In this document: positions 52,421-61,400 of the stretch, one piece after another | Layout of the letters: each line of letters opens with the position of its first letter | How positions within the stretch are numbered: the stretch's first letter is position 1 | Virus record (IMG/VR): IMGVR_UViG_3300037313_000574 | Coordinates: 1 to 64,000 of that record | DNA from: a virus | Taxonomy: Duplodnaviria > Caudoviricetes | Reading direction: 5' to 3' (one strand) | DNA length: 64,000 bases | Position numbers and translations under genes: made by a program | The notes under the pieces: generated by a model | The model's input: the letters and a program-made list of their open reading frames with translations, nothing else | Told to the model about the DNA's origin: nothing | Databases searched by the model: none

Positions 52421-55400
52421 ATGGCAACAAAGAAGCCCCAGCCGCAATACCTGCAAAACGAAGAAGCGCAGCCGAATTGGGATGCGGGCGAAGATTTCCT
52501 AAAAAATCTTGAAGCCAATGGCAATCAGGACAAGCCGCAGGAAGGCGCGGGCATCTTGCGCACTGCGGGCGACATGGCCATCAAGGGCGCGCAGGGCGTG
52601 GTCGGGCTGGGCCAGTCAGCAGTGGGCCTGGGAAGCCTGGCGACGGGGGGGCTGGTTGGCGAAGGCATGCGCGCTATTGGCTATGATCCCAAGCGCACGA
52701 ACGACATGCTGGGCGAATATCTCAGCGATGCGCAAAAGGCTTCCGATGCTGCAGTACAAAAGGAAGATACGTTCCTCGGCGCGGTCGGCGCTGCCGTAGC
52801 CAATCCGCGCGCCATAGTCGGCAGCGTCGTGCAATCCCTGCCGGCCATGATCGCCGGCATGGGCGCGGCCGGCGCGGCAGCACGCGCGATTGGTGCCAGG
52901 GCGGCGGCGGCTTATGGTGGCATGGGCACGGAAGCCGGCGCAGTGGCGGCCAAGGCAGCGATCGAGCAAGCCAGCGGCAAACTGCTGGCGACCAGTGCAG
53001 GTATCGAGGGCGCGCAGACAGCCGGGCAGATTGCCGATGATGCGCAGGCAGCCGGACGCGCCTATAGCGATTATGCGCCGGCGGCGCTGGCGGCCGGCGC
53101 CGGCACGGCTGCAATCGGCTTCGGGGCGGGCAAGCTGGTGGGCGACGCCGCAACGGATATCGCCACCGGCGCGCATACGCTCAAGGGCAGCAAACTTGCC
53201 AAAATCGGCAAGGAGTTTCTGAGCGAGGGCGCGCTGGAGGAAATGCCGCAGTCGGCGCAGGAACAATACTTTACCAATATCGCCAATGGCGAAGCGGACC
53301 CGATGAAGGGCGTGGCCAATGCTGCCGGCATGGGCTTGGTCACTGGCGGCGTCATGGGCGCTGGCATGGGCGCGCTGCATGGGCACCCGCAACCGGAATC
53401 GCAGCCGGTGCCGCTGGCCGATACTGGCCCCCTCTCCCGCGCCGCCAATGCCGTCGCTGCCGCACAGGCAGCCGCGCAAGCCGCGCGCACTGGCCCCATC
53501 GATTACCAGCGCTATGACCCGCCCATGCTGCAGCCGCAGCAGCAATCACAGGAACTGGCATTACAAACGCCGGCCGAGAATGGCATTGATTTCGAGCCGC
53601 AGCCGGACGCCCGCGGCGCGCTGGCCCGCCAGCCGATCCCGGAACTACGCGAAGCCACGATTACCACGGAAGCGCCGGCCGGCTATGACAATGGCGTCGA
53701 TTTCCTGTCGTCCAACAGCGAAGAACCGGCACTGCCGCGCGACGCCGCCAGCGTCGAGGCGCAGACCTTCAAGAGCAAGGGCTTGGCGAAAATCGCCATG
53801 AACCAGAGCAAAACGACCGAATCGCATGAAGTCGTGCCGGCCGATGACGGCAATGGTTTCGTCGTGCGGCCGAAATTCGCCGCCGCGCCGGACCAGGGCA
53901 TTGCTGGCGCCGGTACCAAGATCCTGCGCGATGGCTTGGCCGCCATTTCGACGCTGTACCAGGAAGGTGCGGCCGACAAACAGCACGCCGACGAGGCGCA
54001 AGCCATCCTGGCAGGGCTGGATGACAATTCGATCAGCGTCAACGAGGCGCAAGCGCGTTTCGATGCCATTTACGACGAGATCAATACGCCGGCGGCAGTG
54101 CCGGGCGAAGACGACTTGCTCACGGCAACACCAGACGAAACGCCGGCACTAACCGAGGCGACGCCAGACGCGCCCAGCGTTGACGAAATAGATCTCGAAG
54201 AGACGCGCATCGGCCTGGAGGTTGACCAGGCGGATCTGGAGGCGCTGGGCGAAGCACTTGCCAACGACATGGACCCGGCCACCGGCAAGAAAATCGCTTC
54301 GCAAGGCATCCGCGACCAGTACCAAAGCGAGTATGAAAACCTGCAAGCCTCCGTTGCCGCCGCAACCGAGTACCTGCGCCAGAAGAATGCGTTGATTGCA
54401 CCGCCACCGGCCCCGCGTGCGGATGCCGCGCCTGCCACGATCGACCCGATTGCCGAGGCTGCCAACGAAGCCGCCACCTCCCCGCTGAATGATCTCCCCG
54501 AGCCGACGCAGGCACAGAAGGAGGCCGGCAACTACAAGAAGGCCCATGTGCGCGTGCATGGCCTGGATATCACCATTGAAAACCCGGTCGGCTCCTTCCG
54601 CCGCGGTGTCGACAAGGACGGCACGCCGTGGGAAACCGAGATGCAGCACCACTATGGCTACATCAAGGGCACGGTGGGGATGGACAAGGACCATATCGAT
54701 GTTTTCATTGGCCCGAACCATGAAAGCAACAAGGTTTTTATCGTCGACCAGATCGACCCGAGCACCGGCAAGCCGGATGAACACAAGGTCATGCTCGGTT
54801 TTGACAGCATGGAGCAGGCGCGCGCCGCCTACCAGGCAAATTACGCCGATGACTGGACCGGCGGCAAGGCCATCACTGAAACCACCGTGCAGGGCTTCAA
54901 GGATTGGCTGGAGAACGGCAATACCAAGAAGCCGTTTGCCCAGCAGGCCAAGAAATACCCGCCAGCAGCACAAGTAGAACCTCAGGAGATTACCACCAAT
55001 GCTACCCAACCTGAACAAGTGGCTGAAAAAGCGCAAGAAGCGGCAGGAACGCAAGCTGCGCAGGAAGATGCGCCGGTAGCAGCCGTACCGGCAGCCGAAC
55101 CAGTCCTGTCCAAGCAAGACTTGAACAAGTTGACAGTCAAGGACATGACGGATGCCCAGTTGCTGCAGGCCCGCGACGTGTTCGACGGCGGCCCGCGCGC
55201 GCCGAAGATCGAGAAGGAAATCAAGAAGCGCGGGCTGGATGCCGCCCCTGAGGCCGCGCCAGCAGCACCGGCACAAGAAGGGAACGCGAATAATCCTGGC
55301 ACTGGCAATGCCAAAGCCGCGCCGGGGGAAAAGCCAACCATCGAAACGGCGATGCAAGAAGGTAGCGAATTGCGCGCCGTGATGGAAAAGGATACCTATG

Positions 55401-58400
55401 CCTTGCCGCTGATTATTCGGCACCCGCTTGAGGCTGACGCGCAAGGCGTCATCATTGGCGCAAAAACCAGTACCGATCGCGTCGTAGAAGAAGGCGGCGA
55501 TGAATACAAGGAGCTATATGACGGCTTCAACAATACCCGCGATTATTTGCGCAATACATTTGGCGACACGGTAACGCTGTACCGCGCCGACGCCACCCAG
55601 GATGAGAAGCGGGTAGAGAACAAGCCGACCCTGTATTTCGGAACCAAGAAGGTTGCATCCAACTTTGAGAGCAAGGGCCGTAAGGTCAAGGCTTACGATA
55701 TAAAAGTGGATGACATCATTGCGGCGCCGCTGTTCCACAATGGCTATTTTGATTTTGTGGTGCGCAATCCTGAGTATGTCGAAAAAGGCCAGGATAAAGG
55801 CCCGCAGCGCGCCACCACAATGGACGAAGCCAAGGCCGCCGTGCGCGCCTACTTCGATTGGTACTTGCGCGAAAGCCCCAACGCCAAGGAGCCGATGCCT
55901 GGCATCCATGGCGGGAATGCCTTCACGATGGACGCCGGCGGCGCACCCTTCACCAAGGCTGGGGAAATCCTGGTCAATGGTCCGACTGGCGATTTGAAGT
56001 TCAAGTATGCCGATTTGTGGAAGGAGGCCAAGGAGGCCGCCAAGCCGGCGCCCCGTGGCGTACTGGTCAAGCCGGCCGAGAGCAAAGGTGAGACTTTGCA
56101 GGAACCGGCACCGGCGAAGAAGAAGCCGACCGCCAAGCAAAAGCAAGCCGCCGCAGAAGAAGCCATGCGCAAGATGCTGGGCGCTGAAGTTGGTGACACG
56201 ATCACCATGACTTTCAAAGGCAGTTTCGGCTACCTGACCAGCGGCAAGCCTATGGTCATTGAAAGCATTAATAGCGACAAGAGCATTTATTTCCGTGATC
56301 CAGTCAACGGTTCTGGCACGTTTGAATCGCTGTCGTCGATGCAGGCCGCAGCCAGGAATTCATTCGTCAAATTGACTTGGGAAGTTCAGCCAAAGGCCGA
56401 GTCGAAGCTGGCACCGGCTGAATCAGCGCCGGCACCAACAGCCGCGCCCGTCGACACCCGTCCCACCCTGGCCGACGAAGCCGCCAAGGCTAAGGCGCAA
56501 GCCGACCTGATGGACGGCCTTGCCGATCTGGCCAATATCTTCGGCAAGAATGCCAAGCTCAACATCACCCCCGAGCAAGAGCAAAAGCTCTTGCCGGTCT
56601 TGACCAAAGTGATGGATGCCGCCTTCCGACTGGGCTATTATCAATTTAAGGATGCCGCGCGCTTCGTGCTGACCACGATCCGCGAGAAAATCGGCGCCGA
56701 CGTGGCCGAGCAAATCACCCTGGACCATGTACAGGGTGCCTATATCGGCATGGCCGGCAAGTACAAGGACCAAGGCGCGTCGACCAAGAAGGAGGTCATT
56801 GGCGTGGAAAGCCTGGTCGAATTGGCCGATGTTGCTGAAAATCAAGATGACAATTCCGCCGAACCGTATAAACTGGAAGAAACAACCCCGCAAGAGGAAG
56901 CCGATAATGATTCCACCGCTTCAACCGATTCGCCTCCGGTCGATTTCGACTTGGTTGCGGAACAACGCCCCGAAGGCAGCGCTGCACCCGTCCGAGGAGC
57001 TAAACCGCCGCGCGCTCGATCTGGACGAGCAAATGATCGAAGCGTTCGAGGACCGCGAGGACGCGCTGAAAAATCAAATGATGGCCAACTCGACTTGGGG
57101 GACGGAGCAGGGAATAACCCAGTTTCCGCTGGACAGAATGACGCTGTGGCAGGAAGTGTGCAGCGAGTTTCTGCCGACTTCCGCCCTGCAATCGGAGGAC
57201 TGACGCGCGAAGGTTCCTGGTTCGATACGGCTGGACGCAATATCGACCTGATTGAATTGGCGATCACCATTGAAAAAGAAGGTCGCGCCGCCACCCCGGA
57301 AGAACAAGCCAAGCTGTCGAAATACGTAGGTTTTGGCGCCTCCGCCATCCGTAACCCGCTATTTCCTATCCCGCCGTCTTACGCCAAGCAGCAAGACCCG
57401 AACCGCCTGATCTGGCCGCAGTATGTCGAACCGCGCTGGAAGCCATTGGCCGAACGGCTGGATGCCTTGCCGCGCGAGTGGCAGAAATCCATCCTGCAAT
57501 CGTCCCAGTACGCCCATTACACCAGTGAAGGCATGATCCGCTCGATTTGGTCGGCCATGCAGCGCCTTGGCTTCACCGGCGGCAAGATCATGGAACCGGG
57601 CATGGGGATTGGCTCGTTCTCGATGCTGATGCCGGACGCTGTGCGACTGGGCTCGACCTATACCGGGATTGAGTTCGATGGCCCGACCGCCTTGATTGCT
57701 AAGTTGCTCTCCCCGGACCAGAACATGATCCATGGCGACTTCATCAAGCGCAAATTGCCGCGCGATTTCTTTGATGCTGCCATCGGCAACCCGCCGTTCT
57801 CGCAAACCAAAGTCTTGGCGGACCCGGATTACGAAAAGCATGGCTTCATGCTGCATGATTTCTTCTTTGCTAAATCCATCGATCGCGTGCGCCCTGGCGG
57901 CCTGCTGGCCTTTGTGACCAGCAAGGGAACGATGGACAAGCAAGCCGACAAGGCCCGCAAGTACCTGGCCGAGCGCGCCGACCTGATCGGCGCCATCCGC
58001 CTGCCATCGACCGCCTTTGAAGATAATGCCGGTACCAGCGTGGTTACGGATGTGATTTTCTTGCGCAAGCGCGCACCGGGCGCCGCGCCGGCGGGCGCAG
58101 CCTGGCAGAACGTGGCGGCCGTGGAAACCAAGGATGGCCCGGCCGTCATCAATGAGTATTTCGCCGCGCACCCCGAGATGGTGCTGGGCCAAAACCGGAT
58201 TTCCGGCAACGTCGATGACGAGGGCCGCCGCATCAATAGCAACGGCATGGGCGGCGAGAAATATACCGTTGTGTCGTATGACAAGACGCCGGCCGAGCTG
58301 GAAGCCAAATTCGCCGCGGCGATCGAGCGCTTGCCGGAAAACGTCTATTCCGTCATGAATATGAGCCCTGAGGCCATCAAGGCGGAAACCGCCAAGGTGG

Positions 58401-61400
58401 ACTTTGACCCGCGTATCAAGCGCGATGGCGTGGTCTATGTGGGCGACGATGGCACGCTGATGCGCGTCGAGCATGGCGTCGGCAAGCCGCTGGGCGACTC
58501 CGTGAAATTCACGGAAAAAGACCACCAGTGGATGAAAAGCTATGTCGGCTTGCGCGACCTGGTGCAAGCCGCACGCGCGACGCAGGCGCAGGACGGCGAT
58601 TGGGAAAAGCCGCTCAAGGCACTCAACAAGGCTTACGACAAGTTCCGCAAGGAGCATGGTCCGATCAATGCCTTCCGCACGCAGGTCCGCAAATCCACCG
58701 ATGAAGATGGCAACCCGGTGGAAACTGAAATTCGCATCTTCACCAACCGGCGCCGCTTCCGCGAGGATTACGACGCTGCCATCGTGACCCAACTGGAAAC
58801 CATCAACGAAGCCGGCGAAGTCGTCAAGGCGCCGTTCCTGTTGGGCCGCACCATCGGCAAGCCCGTTACTCGCACCATCCAAAGCATTGGCGACGCCCTG
58901 GCTGTGTCGCTGGACGCACTGGGCAAGCTCAATCTTGCCGATGTGGCCAAGCGCATCAACCTGTCGGAAGAAGAAGCGATCGCCGCACTGGGCGACCAGG
59001 TATATAAAACTCCATCCGGGCAATGGCAATTGTCGGATGAATACCTGTCCGGCGATGTGGTCACGAAGCTGGAAGAAGCCGAGGAAGCCGCGCGCCTGGA
59101 CCCGAGCTTGAAGCGCAACGTCGAAGCCCTGAAGAAGGCCCAGCCGGAAAAGCTGGGGCCGTCGCAGATTTCCGTCAAGCTGGGCGCTTCCTGGATTCCG
59201 GCCGAGCATGTCAACGCCTTTGCCAAGGAAATCGAAGCAGGCGCCGTGACGTTCGACTCGAAAACGGAGACTTGGCAAGTAGCTGGCGGCAATGAGCGTT
59301 CCGGCCGCCGCGCTGGCGCCGAATACGGCACTGCCGCCCGCTCTCCTTCGGAATTGCTGGAGGCGGCCTTGAATAGCCGCAGTGTCAAGGTCACGACTAA
59401 AGACGCCGACAAGAAAACGGTCGTGGATACCGAAGCCACCACCGCCGCCAATGAAGCCTTAAAGAAGATCAAGGATAAGTTCAAGGGCTGGGTATGGACC
59501 GATTCGAGCCGCGCCGCCGAACTGGTGGAAAGCTACAACAAGCGTTACAACAATATCGCACCGCGCCTGTTTGATGGCTCGCACCTGACACTGCCTGGCG
59601 TGTCGCTGCGCTTCAAGCTCCACCCGCACCAGTTGCGCGCGATCTGGCGCGTCATCCAGACAGGCAACACTTATCTGGCGCATGCTGTCGGCGCCGGCAA
59701 GACGATTGAAATGATCGCCGCCGGCATGGAGCAAAAGCGCTTGGGACTGATCAAAAAGCCCATGTACGTGGTGCCGAACCACATGCTGGAGCAATTTTCC
59801 AACGAGTTCATGGAGCTCTACCCGCTGGCCAATATCATGGTGGCGGACGATGAAAACTTTTCGCCGGAGCGCCGCCGCGCCTTTATCGCCTCGGCTACGC
59901 TGAACAACCCGGACGCCATCATCATCACGCACGATGCCTTCCAGCGTATCGGCGTCAAGGAAGAATCGATCGCGCCGATCCGCGACGAGATCCTGTCCGA
60001 CCTGGAGATTGAGCTGGAAAGCATGGCCAAGGACTCGGGTGCCCGCGTGCGCCGGGGCCAGTTGGAGCAGCAAATCGAGGCCGTGACACAGCGTTTCGAC
60101 CGCATCATCGCGGCCGGCGGCAAGGATTCCACCATCAAGTTTGAGGATATCGGGGCCGACTTCATCTTTGCCGATGAGGCGCATGTATACCGCAAGCTGG
60201 ACTTCCATACCGCCCAGCAGATCAAGGGCATCGACCCGAACGGCTCCAAGCGGGCGCTCGATATGTACGTCAAGACCCGCTACCTGGAAAAGCAGCGGCC
60301 GGGCCGCTCGATGGGCTTTGCCTCGGGTACGCCCGTCACCAATACCATGGGCGAGTTGTACACCATCATGCGTTTCTTTGCCGCTGACGAGCTCGACCGC
60401 GCCGGTATTTCCAGCTTTGATGCCTGGGCGCGCATGTTTGGCGAAGTCGTGCCGGCACTGGAGCCAAACGCCGCCGGCAAGTACGAGATTGTCGAGCGCT
60501 TCGCCCGCTTCGATAACGTGCCGGAATTGATGAGCCGCGTGCGGCAATTCATGGATGTGCTGACCTCGGAACACTTGGGCGCACTGGTCAAGCGCCCGGA
60601 TCTGAAGGGCGGTAAGCCGAGCCTGAATATCGTGGCGCCGACTGCCGCGCTGGACGCCTACATGAAGGGCGAACTGGCACGCCGCATCGAGGCTTCCAAA
60701 AAGTGGAAGCCGAGTAAGGATGAACCGAGCAACCCGGACCCGATTGTGGCCATCATCACCGATGGGCGCTTTGCCGCGATCGATCCGCGCTTCTTTGGCG
60801 GTGACTTGGAAGAAGGCGACACGTCTATCATCCATGAAATGGCCGACAAGGTAGCGGCGGAATACCACGCCACGGCCGATAACGTCTATCTCGACAAGCA
60901 GCAGAAGCCGGAACCGATCAAGGGCGGCACTCAGATCGTATTCTATAACCTCGGCTTTGGCGCTGCCTCGCAAGCCAACCGGGGATTCAATGCCCGCGCC
61001 GCCTTCACCAAGCGATTAACCGATGGCGGCGTCAAGCGCAGCGAAATCGCCTGGTTTGACGATGCCAACACCGACGCCAAGAAGGAAGCAATCTTCAAGG
61101 CCATGCGCGCCGGCCAGATCCGCGTCTTGATTGGTTCGGCCAAGAAGATGGGCACCGGCGTCAACGTGCAAAAGCGCCTGACCAAGCTGCATTACCAAGA
61201 TCCGCCCTGGTTCCCGGCCGATGTGGAGCAGCCGCACGGCCGCATCATCCGACAGGGCAACCAAAATGGCGAAGTGGGAATCGACTGGTACACCACCAAG
61301 GGCACCTATCAATCAACCATGTGGCAGATGGTGGCGCGCAAGCAGCGCTTTATCGACCAGGCTTTCACCGGCGATAAGAACATGCGCTCGATGGATGACA

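Noticed and set aside
57359-60973. Long minus-strand ORFs (639 aa and 504 aa)
   Set aside because: Antisense to the MTase/SNF2 part of the giant gene; no RBS or domain signal.
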